Source: Ignavibacteriales bacterium (lineage in GTDB: Bacteria; Bacteroidota; Ignavibacteria; Ignavibacteriales; Ignavibacteriaceae). From it: a stretch of DNA of 64,000 nt. The translations under genes and the position numbers were made by a program. The stretch is taken from assembly GCA_012517155.1 (NCBI GenBank), contig JAAYVN010000041.1, forward strand, positions 10,556 to 74,555, read 5' to 3'. Positions 8,452 through 17,916 of this stretch are shown in pieces; the first letter of the stretch is position 1; each line of letters begins with the position of its first letter. The notes under the pieces were generated by a model, which did no database searches, was not told the DNA's origin, and was given only the letters and a program-made list of their open reading frames with translations.

Positions 8452-9056
8452 TAGAATTCTTTTCGGAATATTGTGGAATTATTATCTGATAAAATAATCA
8501 TTTCTTCTGAGAGCAGAGGCCATCCTTTATATTCGTATTTCCTGAGAAGCAGCTCCCCTTTATGCCTGAAACAATGATTATTAATATATAAAATCAATTT
8601 GCCATCCTTATAATAAGAAGTCGAAACAAGCTCCCCGAAATCCACATTAATATCAATACTTATGTGTTCTATCTTCACTACTTGTTTCACACGATCAGTG
8701 TGAACCCGGTATAACGCTGTAAAAATATCGTGATCAAATAAAAATCCATAGTAATCATCATATGTCTTCTCACTCCGCATCATCATCAGAGTGTATTCAA
8801 TTTCAGGAATCCGACTGAATATGTCGGGTGAAAAAATAAGATAGTCAGAGCATCCGGTTGAGTTCTCGAGAAGCTTGGGCACTTCCCTTCTTTCTTTGAT
8901 ATCCCCGCTCAGATATCTTCCGGTTATTTTACTTGTATCAATTTCGCAGCTCTTTAGAATGGAATCAACCTTTACGGACATATACGGATTCAGCGATTGA
9001 GAAAATAAATGGGCAACAGTCCAGACAAAGTACATAAGTACGAGAAAAGTTCTCAT
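8451..9056 (-). CDS. Hypothetical protein with an N-terminal hydrophobic leader, sitting where glcE normally lies
   Basis: 201-aa ORF, translationally coupled on both sides (4-nt overlap with glcD, 1-nt overlap with glcF). No FAD-binding motif recognised. Confidence 0.6.
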   Translation of the reverse strand: MRTFLVLMYFVWTVAHLFSQSLNPYMSVKVDSILKSCEIDTSKITGRYLSGDIKERREVPKLLENSTGCSDYLIFSPDIFSRIPEIEYTLMMMRSEKTYDDYYGFLFDHDIFTALYRVHTDRVKQVVKIEHISIDINVDFGELVSTSYYKDGKLILYINNHCFRHKGELLLRKYEYKGWPLLSEEMIILSDNNSTIFRKEF

Positions 9057-10492
9057 TTATGAAATTCCGGAATTTCTTCTCTTGAGGATGGTAATTTTCC
9101 CTCGCATTTTGGACCGATTGACAATATTTTAGTCGGGTTTAGAATATTATTCGGGTCCATTACACATTTAATCTTTTTCATGAACTCAATACCGGGACTA
9201 CCCACAAGCTGTTCAAGGAAATGCTTTTTCGCAAGACCTGTTCCATGCTCACCCGTAATTGTTCCACCAAGTTTAATTGCCTCGTTGAAAATATAGTCAA
9301 ACGCTCTGTGAGCATTGAGAATACCCTCCTTATCACGTTCATCGGCTAAACAGGTAGGATGCAGATTACCATCACCAAAGTGCCCGAAATTACCAATTTC
9401 AACGTTAAAATTGCCTGAAGCATACCTCACCTTCTCTATCATCACAGGCAGTTCACTTCTGGGAACTGTGGCATCTTCAAGAATTGTTGTTGGCTTTTTT
9501 CTTGCCAGGGCGCTAAAAGCACTTCTCCGGGCTGTTTTTAATTCCAATGCTTCTGCTTCGAGAGTTGCGGAGCGGACGTAAGTACAATTATTCATTTTAA
9601 GAATATTTGTCACTGTGGCAGCATCAATATCCACCTCATCCCCCCTGCCGTCTAATTCAATCAATAAAACCGCTTCGCTGTTTCTTGGAAGACCGATATG
9701 TGTATAATCCTCCACGCAATTTATTGTGGTATGATCCAGAAACTCCATCATACACGGTGTTAATCGGGCTTCAATAATGTGGGATATTGATTTACCGGCA
9801 TCAAGCATCTTGTCAAAAAAAGCAAGTAAAGTTATTGATTTCTGGGGTTTGGGGAGCAACTTTAAAAGAACCTTAGTGATAATTCCCAGGGTTCCCTCAC
9901 TGCCAACAATTATATCCCTCAGATTATAACCGGCAACATCTTTTACGTTCTTACCCCCGATTTTGAGAAATTCCCCTGTAGGGGTTATCATTTCAAATCC
10001 AAGGACATAATTTTTAGTAACTCCGTATTTCAGCCCCCTCAGACCCCCGGCATTCTCAGCAACATTCCCGCCTATCGTGCAAACATTCAAGCTTCCGGGA
10101 TCAGGCGGATAAAAAAGTCCGAGGGATTCAACATCCTTCTGAAACTTTCCGGTGATTACTCCCGGTTGTACTGTAGCGGTTAAATTTGCCTGGTCTATTT
10201 CCAGGATTTTATTCCATTTGGTTAGCACCATTACAATAGAATTTTCAACCGGAATCGACCCGCCGCTTAAGCCTGTACCCGCTCCCCTTGGTACAACAGC
10301 AAATTTTTCTTCATTGGACAGCTTTATAATTTCTGCAATCTGAGTTTCATTTTCGGGAAAAACAATTGCGTCAGGCTGTTGAGAGATTAATGGGGTACCG
10401 TCATATGAGTAACAAATCTTGTCCTCAATTTTATCGGAATAGTTTTTCTCTCCAACAATATGTTTGACTTTTTCAAGTAATGCGGAATTCAT
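9053..10492 (-). CDS. glcD: FAD-linked oxidase, GlcD / D-lactate dehydrogenase family
   Basis: FAD_binding_4 pattern (VVPRGAGTGLSGGSIP) and the C-terminal FAD-oxidase domain (GTITGEHGTGLAK). Confidence 0.9.
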   Translation of the reverse strand: MNSALLEKVKHIVGEKNYSDKIEDKICYSYDGTPLISQQPDAIVFPENETQIAEIIKLSNEEKFAVVPRGAGTGLSGGSIPVENSIVMVLTKWNKILEIDQANLTATVQPGVITGKFQKDVESLGLFYPPDPGSLNVCTIGGNVAENAGGLRGLKYGVTKNYVLGFEMITPTGEFLKIGGKNVKDVAGYNLRDIIVGSEGTLGIITKVLLKLLPKPQKSITLLAFFDKMLDAGKSISHIIEARLTPCMMEFLDHTTINCVEDYTHIGLPRNSEAVLLIELDGRGDEVDIDAATVTNILKMNNCTYVRSATLEAEALELKTARRSAFSALARKKPTTILEDATVPRSELPVMIEKVRYASGNFNVEIGNFGHFGDGNLHPTCLADERDKEGILNAHRAFDYIFNEAIKLGGTITGEHGTGLAKKHFLEQLVGSPGIEFMKKIKCVMDPNNILNPTKILSIGPKCEGKLPSSREEIPEFHK

Positions 10493-10496
10493 ATGA

Positions 10497-10778
10497 TTAA
10501 TTAAAATATCTTGATAAAAAATAACTGACTATATATGCCGTCACCACGACACCTAATGCCAAATAAAGTAGTTTCTTCAAAAAATTCTTTGTCGTACCGA
10601 ATGAAAACTTCACACCCCTCCAGCCGCATTCGCTGCATCTGTATATTCTGAAAATCCTTAAACTTTTAAGAATTTTTTCCCAGATTGTGCGTGCTCTTGA
10701 TCTGTTCAGTGCACCAATGCTTTTACAAGATGGACATCGTGCGAAGGCAGGATCAACTTTATGAAGCAGTTTACTCAT
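10497..10778 (-). CDS. Small zinc-ribbon protein with a C-terminal TM helix
   Basis: Two CxxC pairs (CPSCKS, CSECGW) plus the hydrophobic tail LLYLALGVVVTAYIVSYFL. Confidence 0.55.
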   Translation of the reverse strand: MSKLLHKVDPAFARCPSCKSIGALNRSRARTIWEKILKSLRIFRIYRCSECGWRGVKFSFGTTKNFLKKLLYLALGVVVTAYIVSYFLSRYFN

Positions 10779-10782
10779 ATTT

Positions 10783-12444
10783 CTAATTTGACTTTAGTAA
10801 TTTGTTGTAAGTCTCGGAATTTCTTAAAAATTCCAAAGCTTTGTTAATTAAAATATCATTTCCCAGTGCCATTTCGAAGGACTTATCCGGAGAAAAGTAT
10901 CTTTTTGCAAGTTCATTTTTAATTTCCCGCAGTAATCCGGATTTCTGTTTGCCAAGTTCCTCTGAATAGAGGCGAGTCAGCTCATCTCTGATAACAGAAA
11001 TTTCTTTTTTCAAGGCGTTTTTTCCATTCAGAGTAGCTATCTCGTCCTCAAGATTGCTTATGATCCTAAAGGCTTCTCCCTTCAACTCGAAATTTTGCTT
11101 GTGAAGGAATGCGGAGAACTCGTTATAAAGCACCTCATCAGTAATTTTTGAAAAGTCGGTTTTGTTATTTTTTTCGTAGAACTCATTCGCAAACTGAAAT
11201 ATAAGTCCCTTTGCATAAAGTTCAAGAAGGATCTCTGACTTTTCAGTAAAGTCCATTATCGAGTCGGGAGTTATTCCGCCGGAACTAAACACTATTCGCT
11301 TGTTGTCGGTCAGAAACTCTGCTTTCTTGTTTTCCTCGACTGATTTAAAAACCGGATTCTTTCCGGAGTAATCAATTTTCTGAATACATCTACCGCTCGG
11401 GGTATAGTACTTTGAAGTGGTTATTTTCAGGGATGTGTTATAAGAAAGGGGAGTAATAGTCTGGACAAGTCCTTTTCCAAAAGTTGCCGTGCCCAGAATA
11501 ATTCCCCGGTCATGATCTTGTACTGCACCGGCAACTATCTCAGATGCAGAGGCAGAACTCCCATCAACCAGCAGTGCAATTTTTATATCTTTAAGCAGGG
11601 GTTCCTGAGTATTGAAATATTGTTTTACGTTGGTCGTGTCCCTGCCTTTTGTGGATACAACCAGCAGATTCTTATCAAGGAATTTGCCTGCAATATCAAC
11701 GGCTGCATCGAGCAATCCCCCGGGATTTCCCCTAAGGTCAAGCACAAGTGTTTCGATTTCACTTTTTTTTCTAAGTTCTGTTATTGCCTTTTTTAATTCT
11801 TCCCCGCTGGTTCTGCCGAAACCCGAAAGACGGACGTATGCATTTTTACTTGATTCCGGATAAAACCCTGCATACTCAACATTTTTAACAATTATCTCTT
11901 CCCTCAGCAGATTGAAAATCAAAGTATCTCTGGAATTCCGGAGTATAGTGATGGAAACAAAAGTCCCGGGTTTGCCCTTGACGTGTGATGAGATTTCCTC
12001 AAACACCGCTTGGGAAATCAGAACCGAATCAACTTTGAGAATAACATCCCCGATAATTATCCCCTGCTTCTGAGCGGCATACCCGCTAAGCAATTCCACA
12101 ATAGTAACATGCTCATCCCGTATGCCAATACTTATCCCCACCCCCCCGTATTTGCCGGTAGTAAGCAGGTCGACATCATCCTTTCTTTTTTCGTCCACAA
12201 ACACAGTATAAGGGTCAAGTGTACTCAGCATTCCCCTGATCCCTGCCCTGAGAAATTCTTCAGGACTGATGTCATCCACATAATTAAAAGCAATTTCCTT
12301 AAAGACCCGTGTGAATATATCTATATTCTTTGCGACATCAAAATATATATCTTTCCTTACTAAATTAAATGCCAAAATCCCCATAAGCGCAGGGACTAAA
12401 ACAAATACCCAGATTAACCTCGTTTTATTGTTGCCTGTTTTCAA
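10783..12444 (-). CDS. S41 family C-terminal processing peptidase with a PDZ domain
   Basis: GGVGISIG (PDZ), LVLDLRGNPGGLL, LVDGSSASASEIVAGAVQD (S41 Ser/Lys core). Confidence 0.9.
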   Translation of the reverse strand: MKTGNNKTRLIWVFVLVPALMGILAFNLVRKDIYFDVAKNIDIFTRVFKEIAFNYVDDISPEEFLRAGIRGMLSTLDPYTVFVDEKRKDDVDLLTTGKYGGVGISIGIRDEHVTIVELLSGYAAQKQGIIIGDVILKVDSVLISQAVFEEISSHVKGKPGTFVSITILRNSRDTLIFNLLREEIIVKNVEYAGFYPESSKNAYVRLSGFGRTSGEELKKAITELRKKSEIETLVLDLRGNPGGLLDAAVDIAGKFLDKNLLVVSTKGRDTTNVKQYFNTQEPLLKDIKIALLVDGSSASASEIVAGAVQDHDRGIILGTATFGKGLVQTITPLSYNTSLKITTSKYYTPSGRCIQKIDYSGKNPVFKSVEENKKAEFLTDNKRIVFSSGGITPDSIMDFTEKSEILLELYAKGLIFQFANEFYEKNNKTDFSKITDEVLYNEFSAFLHKQNFELKGEAFRIISNLEDEIATLNGKNALKKEISVIRDELTRLYSEELGKQKSGLLREIKNELAKRYFSPDKSFEMALGNDILINKALEFLRNSETYNKLLKSN

Positions 12445-13048
12445 TCTTTTTTATTTCCTCAATAATAATTTCGTGAATTTCCTCAACCGGAAGAATGCCA
12501 TTTATTAATTTAATCCTGTTTTCTGTTTTGGAAAGTGATAAAAAGCCTTCCCTGACTTTATGAAAGAAATCTAAGGATGCCAGTTCCATTCGATCCAGCG
12601 CACGGGAATTTTTCCCGTATTTTCTTTTTTCCATTTCTTCAATCGGGATATCTATAAAGACGGTAATATCAGGAATGCACTCACCGACAGCAAATTTATT
12701 TATTTGCTGAACGGCATCCAAAGAGACTCCCCTTCCATATCCCTGATACGCAGTGGTCGAATCAAAAAAACGATCAGTTATTACCACAGTTCCATCCTGA
12801 ATGTAGGGGAGGATAACTTCACGAACAAGCTGAGACCTGGCAGCCGAGAAGAGAAGTATCTCGGTCTCGATGGACATTTGATGGTTCTCCTTATCAAGAA
12901 GAATTGATCTTACTTTTTCTGATATCAGAGTACCCCCCGGTTCTCTTATTAACTTTACTTTTTTACCCTTACCAATAAAGTAGTGTTCAAGTAATTTAAC
13001 CTGAGTCGTTTTGCCGCTAAAATCAATACCCTCAAAAGAAATGAACAT
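12425..13048 (-). CDS. tmk: dTMP (thymidylate) kinase
   Basis: P-loop FISFEGIDFSGKTTQ, REPGGT, DRFFDSTTAYQGYGRG. Confidence 0.92.
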   Translation of the reverse strand: MFISFEGIDFSGKTTQVKLLEHYFIGKGKKVKLIREPGGTLISEKVRSILLDKENHQMSIETEILLFSAARSQLVREVILPYIQDGTVVITDRFFDSTTAYQGYGRGVSLDAVQQINKFAVGECIPDITVFIDIPIEEMEKRKYGKNSRALDRMELASLDFFHKVREGFLSLSKTENRIKLINGILPVEEIHEIIIEEIKKIENRQQ

Positions 13049-13050
13049 AA

Positions 13051-13962
13051 TCAGAATTCTTTAATTATATATTTAACCCTGTCCGGTTCTTTATAAACCA
13101 GTTTGATGTTTGGTGGTGTTTTGACATACGTCCTGATGCTGCCCACCGTATCCGCAACAATATCGTGATAGTTAACCTCTGCGTAAATCTCCTGGGTATT
13201 TAATTTCCCCAGAATATTAATTCCGCCTCTCAGGAGAATGGAAATCCTGTCAGGCAAAATAACAATATTTCTTCCCGGCGGAAGATTCACAATTCTGATT
13301 GGAACTTCCCCCACTTCCCGCTCGACGATTTTCTGAACATCAAAATGCAAATTAACCTTACCTGGCTTAATGTTAAGCAGCGGGCTTTTTACAAGTTCAA
13401 CCTCAGTGGAGAAGGACTGATCCAGTTTCGAGTAATATAACAGTGCGGTTTTAACGTTTTTCATTGTATCCAGGAAACGATGAGTTCCGGAGACCATCAC
13501 ACTATCAGGAATACTTGATACAGGGACCGCCAAACCAAATTCCTCCTTAAAATCAATGGTTACATCAGGCGATACAGGAAGCATACGGGTTTCGAGCTTA
13601 TCAATCTTCATGTTAATAGCTGAAGGCCAGACATCAAGTACCTGAACATCTGAAGTTACCCAGTCATTATCAGTCAGCGAGTTCATCAGTTTAATATGAA
13701 TATTTCCGACCTCAAGACCTGCTGAAGCAACATACTCGATATTCCGGCCAAGATGCAATCCAAGGATTTTCCATCCCACCGCTTTGAGTTTCACAGTTAG
13801 TGTTTCGGGGTAAGTGGATGCCAGTCCATAACCATCGCGTACATTCGAAATTTTCAGAGGTAAACGAAGAGTAGTATAAAAACTACCCGAAATGTTCACA
13901 GAACTCCAGATAATTATCGCAAAAACAAATGAAAGAATGACTATGGGAATTTTCTTTTTCAT
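13051..13962 (-). CDS. YbbR-like domain-containing protein
   Basis: N-terminal TM, then repeated beta-rich YbbR-type modules (LPLKISN...GYGL, VPIRIVNLPPG). Confidence 0.6.
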   Translation of the reverse strand: MKKKIPIVILSFVFAIIIWSSVNISGSFYTTLRLPLKISNVRDGYGLASTYPETLTVKLKAVGWKILGLHLGRNIEYVASAGLEVGNIHIKLMNSLTDNDWVTSDVQVLDVWPSAINMKIDKLETRMLPVSPDVTIDFKEEFGLAVPVSSIPDSVMVSGTHRFLDTMKNVKTALLYYSKLDQSFSTEVELVKSPLLNIKPGKVNLHFDVQKIVEREVGEVPIRIVNLPPGRNIVILPDRISILLRGGINILGKLNTQEIYAEVNYHDIVADTVGSIRTYVKTPPNIKLVYKEPDRVKYIIKEF

Positions 13963-14019
13963 ATTTCAAATATATGAATAATGAAAGGAAAATCAAAGAG
14001 ATGGAAGGGGTTTGAATTT

Positions 14020-14895
14020 TTACTTAATTCCCTTAAGGAAGTCAAGTAAAACTGTCCTGTTGGCTTTTGAAATTTCCCTGCCTTTAATTGGGAAATCGGG
14101 AATGGAGCGTGCCAGTCTTCGCAACTGGTGCACGTTCATGGAAAGAATATCCTGGGTGAGGTCAGTCTCCGAAACGTCTTCTTCAAGATAATGGACTTCG
14201 GGCATAACAGTCTCTTCAATACCTTCGGAAGAATCAATCACCAGCGGTTCTTCGTAATAAACAATATCCTGTTCCTCTTCTTTCTGAGGAGCAGGTTCAG
14301 GGAATTTTCCCTCCGGTAGTTCTATCTTCTCAGGAACTTCCTCAATCTGCTCGAACAGGGTGTTATAAGTTTCGGTTTTGGGAATCTCCTTAACAACCTT
14401 TCGCTTTTTAGGTTTTTCAGGTATGGGCTTAGCAGGAACATCGGGAACATCAGGCTGAGTCACCTGATTTTCTTCCACAACACTTAAAACCGCAGAGGGA
14501 GGACCACTGTCTGCAAGCGGAGTAACTTTTTCAGCCTCATCAACTGATTTTACTGATTCAGGTTTTTTCTTTCGGGGAGATTTAGTTACCGGATCAGCAG
14601 GAGGAGGAGTTTCTTCGGGTTCAGATATTTCAGGTATTATGGAAGAAAGCTGGTCATCGGGCTGAGGGATCACGTGTAAAGCTACTAACTGACCGACAGC
14701 CTGAGCAGCATATGCTCCGGCTTCCACAGCGTGTTTAACTGCAGCGGTTTCACCCACTACTTTAATAGTCACCATTGCAGGTTTGGTAATTTCCTTACCC
14801 ACAATGGTTACATTGGCAGCCTTTGCCATAGCATCGGCTGCCTCAATAGCACCTATTAATCCTTTTGTCTCGACAAGACCAAGCGCTTTAGACAT
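14020..14895 (-). CDS. BMC-H (PF00936-type) shell protein with a long disordered C-terminal extension and a terminal Rho_N/HeH-like motif
   Basis: N-terminus [32 protein letters not shown]...VHVIPQP is a canonical BMC domain. About 160 aa of P/E/K-rich sequence follow, then MNVHQLRRLARSIPDFPIKGREISKANRTVLLDFLKGIK. Confidence 0.85.
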   Translation of the reverse strand: MSKALGLVETKGLIGAIEAADAMAKAANVTIVGKEITKPAMVTIKVVGETAAVKHAVEAGAYAAQAVGQLVALHVIPQPDDQLSSIIPEISEPEETPPPADPVTKSPRKKKPESVKSVDEAEKVTPLADSGPPSAVLSVVEENQVTQPDVPDVPAKPIPEKPKKRKVVKEIPKTETYNTLFEQIEEVPEKIELPEGKFPEPAPQKEEEQDIVYYEEPLVIDSSEGIEETVMPEVHYLEEDVSETDLTQDILSMNVHQLRRLARSIPDFPIKGREISKANRTVLLDFLKGIK

Positions 14896-14900
14896 TTGAA

Positions 14901-15194
14901 TTATTTTGCCCTTTTAGGGAGTATTAATTCCACTTCCGAATGTGGTCTTGGAATGACGTGAACGGAAACCAGTTCACCAACCCTCTGAGCTGCGGCTGCT
15001 CCGGCATCAGTAGCTGCCTTCACTGCTCCGACATCTCCACGGACAAGCACAGTAACATAACCACCGCCAATAGTTTCCTTGCCAATCAATTCAACCTTAG
15101 CTGCTTTAACCATTGCATCAGCGGCTTCAATAGCACCGACCAGCCCTTTAGTTTCAATCATTCCCAATGCGTCAAGTGTCATACCATTCTCCAT
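14901..15194 (-). CDS. BMC-H shell protein (PduA/EutM/CcmK-like)
   Basis: [32 protein letters not shown]...[13 protein letters not shown]...VHVIPRPH. Confidence 0.92.
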   Translation of the reverse strand: MENGMTLDALGMIETKGLVGAIEAADAMVKAAKVELIGKETIGGGYVTVLVRGDVGAVKAATDAGAAAAQRVGELVSVHVIPRPHSEVELILPKRAK

Positions 15195-15302
15195 TATAAT
15201 GTTGTTTATTTTTAAAACTCTTAATTATATGCCAATTTGAAATTTTTACTTTGAAAATATAGCTATTATATTTGATTTATGAAACAATTTCGGACAAAAT
15301 TT

Positions 15303-15734
15303 TCATTTTTTTTGTGAGTCGAGAAATTCCTGGAGGATAACGGCAGCGGCATTCTTATCAATCAGTGCCTTGTTCTGCCTTGCTTTTTTCTTAATGCCCG
15401 AAGCCAGAATGCGCTGCGACGCAATTGAGGAGGAGTATCTTTCATCCCAGAAAAGAATCTCGGCACCGGTAATTTTTTTTAACGAGTCCGCGAAAGCCCT
15501 GATAGTTTTATCCAGTTCGCCGGTGCTCCCGTCTTCTTTATAAGGCAAACCGATAATAATTTTCACAATCCCCTTTTCCCGGATCAGGCGGGACAAATCA
15601 TCAAGGGTTTTATTATTGTTCAGGATTGTATCGTGCGGATAGGCGAAAATCTTAAAGGGGTCAGTCAATGCCAGCCCAATGCGCTTGCTCCCATAGTCAA
15701 TACCAAGGTACCGAGTTTCAGAATCCGTGCCCAA
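15303..15734 (-). CDS. ruvX: Holliday junction resolvase-like protein RuvX (YqgF)
   Basis: LGIDYGSKRIGLALTD ... IIIGLP ... DERYSS motifs. Confidence 0.9.
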   Translation of the reverse strand: MGTDSETRYLGIDYGSKRIGLALTDPFKIFAYPHDTILNNNKTLDDLSRLIREKGIVKIIIGLPYKEDGSTGELDKTIRAFADSLKKITGAEILFWDERYSSSIASQRILASGIKKKARQNKALIDKNAAAVILQEFLDSQKK

Positions 15735-15735
15735 T

Positions 15736-17916
15736 CTATTCTTCCATCCTAGCCACTGAATAGACGCCCTTTATTTTCTTCAACTTTTCAATAATGCCGG
15801 AGAGATGCTGAAGATTGTTGACATATAAAGTAACCGTACCTTCGAACATGTTGTCATGCGTATCAATATTAATCGATTTAATATTGGTATTTTTATAAGA
15901 AACCACAGAATGCGAAATGGTATTAAGAATACCGGGGGAATCCTCACCGCGAAGCACCAGACCAACGATAAACGAATTATTCTCAATTTCAGGCCACTGA
16001 ATGTCAACCACTTTTTCAGGATCACGTGTGATAGCCTGAAGGAGGTTTTTACAGTTTCGCCGGTGAATTTTAATCCCCTCCCCAACAGTAACGAAACCGA
16101 CCACGGGGTCTCCTGGGATAGGATTACAGCATTTAGAATAAGAGATCAGCATTTTTGTAGTCTCGCCGTCCACCACAATATGACCGCCGGTGGCGCGGGC
16201 GTAAGAAGTAAATTTATCAACCTCGGTCAGATAGGAGGTTTCCTTTTTTTCCTTTTCCTCCTCCATTGCGGAATGTGTAATCACCTCGTCAAGATTCACT
16301 TTACCCGAGGCGATAGTTAGATAAAACTGCCGTAGGTTCTCGAATTTGTTTGCGGTTATAATCTTCTTAATTTCCTGGGGGGTAAAGGTGAGTTTCATTT
16401 TCTTAAGTTTCTTATCCCAGATCTCTTTACCCGTATCAACAATTTTATCCTCTTCCTTATTCAGCCAGCGTCTTATTTCATTCTTTGCCTTGTGTGTAAC
16501 AACGAACTTGAGCCAGTTTTTATTGGGGTGCTGGTTTTTGGAAGTAATAATATCCACCTGGTCCCCGCTTTGCAGTATTGTATCGAGAGAAACAATTCGC
16601 TGATTTACTTTTGCACCAATGCAGTGATGCCCGACCTTCGAGTGAATATCGAAGGCAAAATCAACCGGAGTGGAATTCAGGGGGAGTCTGCGTAAATCGC
16701 CCTTGGGAGTAAAGACATAAATCTCATCGGCGAAGAGATTCATCTTGAAATTTTCGATGATGTTCTTTTTCTGATCATCGGGGGAAGGATTCTCAATAAT
16801 CTCGCGGATCCAGTTTACATAGTTATCAATTGTTTTATCGTTAAGGTTCCCCCCCTCCTTGTATTTCCAGTGTGCTGCAACGCCTTGCTCGGCAATATTG
16901 TGCATTTTCCTTGTCCGGATTTGCACCTCAACCAGCATACCGTTAGGACCAACGACGGTGGTATGGATGGACTGGTAATTGTTGTTTTTCGGAATTGCTA
17001 TGTAATCTTTGAACCGGTCGGGAACAGGAATATAAACCTCGTTGACCATTCCGAAAGTAGTATAGCAATCGTGAATCTTGTCGCTCTCCAGAATAATCCT
17101 GACCGCAAAGAGGTCATAAATTTCCTCAAAGGGTTTATTGCGCTTAATCATCTTTCCGTAAATACTATATAGGTGTTTTGGACGACCGTTAATTTCAAAC
17201 TTGAACCCATATTCATTAAGCCGCTCGATAATAGGGGCGCTGAATTTCTCAATATATTTTTCGCGCTCTCCCCTTTTACTGCTTATCTTCTTTTTAATAT
17301 CCTCGTAAGCCTGCTTGTTCAATTCCTTAAAAGCGAGGTCTTCAAGTTCCCATTTCAATTGTCCAAGACCGAAGCGGTGAGCAAGTGGGGCATAAATTTC
17401 GAGGGTTTCCTTAGCGATTCGTTTTTTCTTATCCGGATTGAGGAACTCAATAGTCCGCATATTGTGAAGTCGGTCGGCAAACTTAACTATAATTACCCTG
17501 ATATCACGGGAGATTGACATAAGGAGCTTACGGTAGTTTTCCGCCTGTGAAATATCGGATCCTTTAAAGATATACTTTATTTTTGTAAGTCCATCAATAA
17601 TTACGGCAATTTCATCACCGAAATTCTTTTTGATCACCTCGATAGAATAATCCTCATGATCCTCAACGATATCGTGCATAAGCCCGCAGGCAACGGAAAC
17701 GTCGTCGAAAGGAATCTCTTCGCAGAGAATTCTGGAAACAGCATAGGGATGAGAAAAATAGGGTTCATCCGAGGCACGGATATCATTTTCGTGAGCCATG
17801 GATGCGAACTCAAAGGCTTTGGTTATCAAATTAGCATCTGATCTTACCAGATATTTATTTGACAGTGCCAGAAGGTCTTCAAGCATTTTTTTATTTTGCT
17901 GTGGTGAAAGGCTCAT
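15736..17916 (-). CDS. relA: Bifunctional (p)ppGpp synthetase/hydrolase (RelA/SpoT family)
   Basis: HD domain (HDIVED), RelA_SpoT synthetase region (YQSIHTTV), TGS and ACT-like C-terminus. Confidence 0.93.
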   Translation of the reverse strand: MSLSPQQNKKMLEDLLALSNKYLVRSDANLITKAFEFASMAHENDIRASDEPYFSHPYAVSRILCEEIPFDDVSVACGLMHDIVEDHEDYSIEVIKKNFGDEIAVIIDGLTKIKYIFKGSDISQAENYRKLLMSISRDIRVIIVKFADRLHNMRTIEFLNPDKKKRIAKETLEIYAPLAHRFGLGQLKWELEDLAFKELNKQAYEDIKKKISSKRGEREKYIEKFSAPIIERLNEYGFKFEINGRPKHLYSIYGKMIKRNKPFEEIYDLFAVRIILESDKIHDCYTTFGMVNEVYIPVPDRFKDYIAIPKNNNYQSIHTTVVGPNGMLVEVQIRTRKMHNIAEQGVAAHWKYKEGGNLNDKTIDNYVNWIREIIENPSPDDQKKNIIENFKMNLFADEIYVFTPKGDLRRLPLNSTPVDFAFDIHSKVGHHCIGAKVNQRIVSLDTILQSGDQVDIITSKNQHPNKNWLKFVVTHKAKNEIRRWLNKEEDKIVDTGKEIWDKKLKKMKLTFTPQEIKKIITANKFENLRQFYLTIASGKVNLDEVITHSAMEEEKEKKETSYLTEVDKFTSYARATGGHIVVDGETTKMLISYSKCCNPIPGDPVVGFVTVGEGIKIHRRNCKNLLQAITRDPEKVVDIQWPEIENNSFIVGLVLRGEDSPGILNTISHSVVSYKNTNIKSINIDTHDNMFEGTVTLYVNNLQHLSGIIEKLKKIKGVYSVARMEE

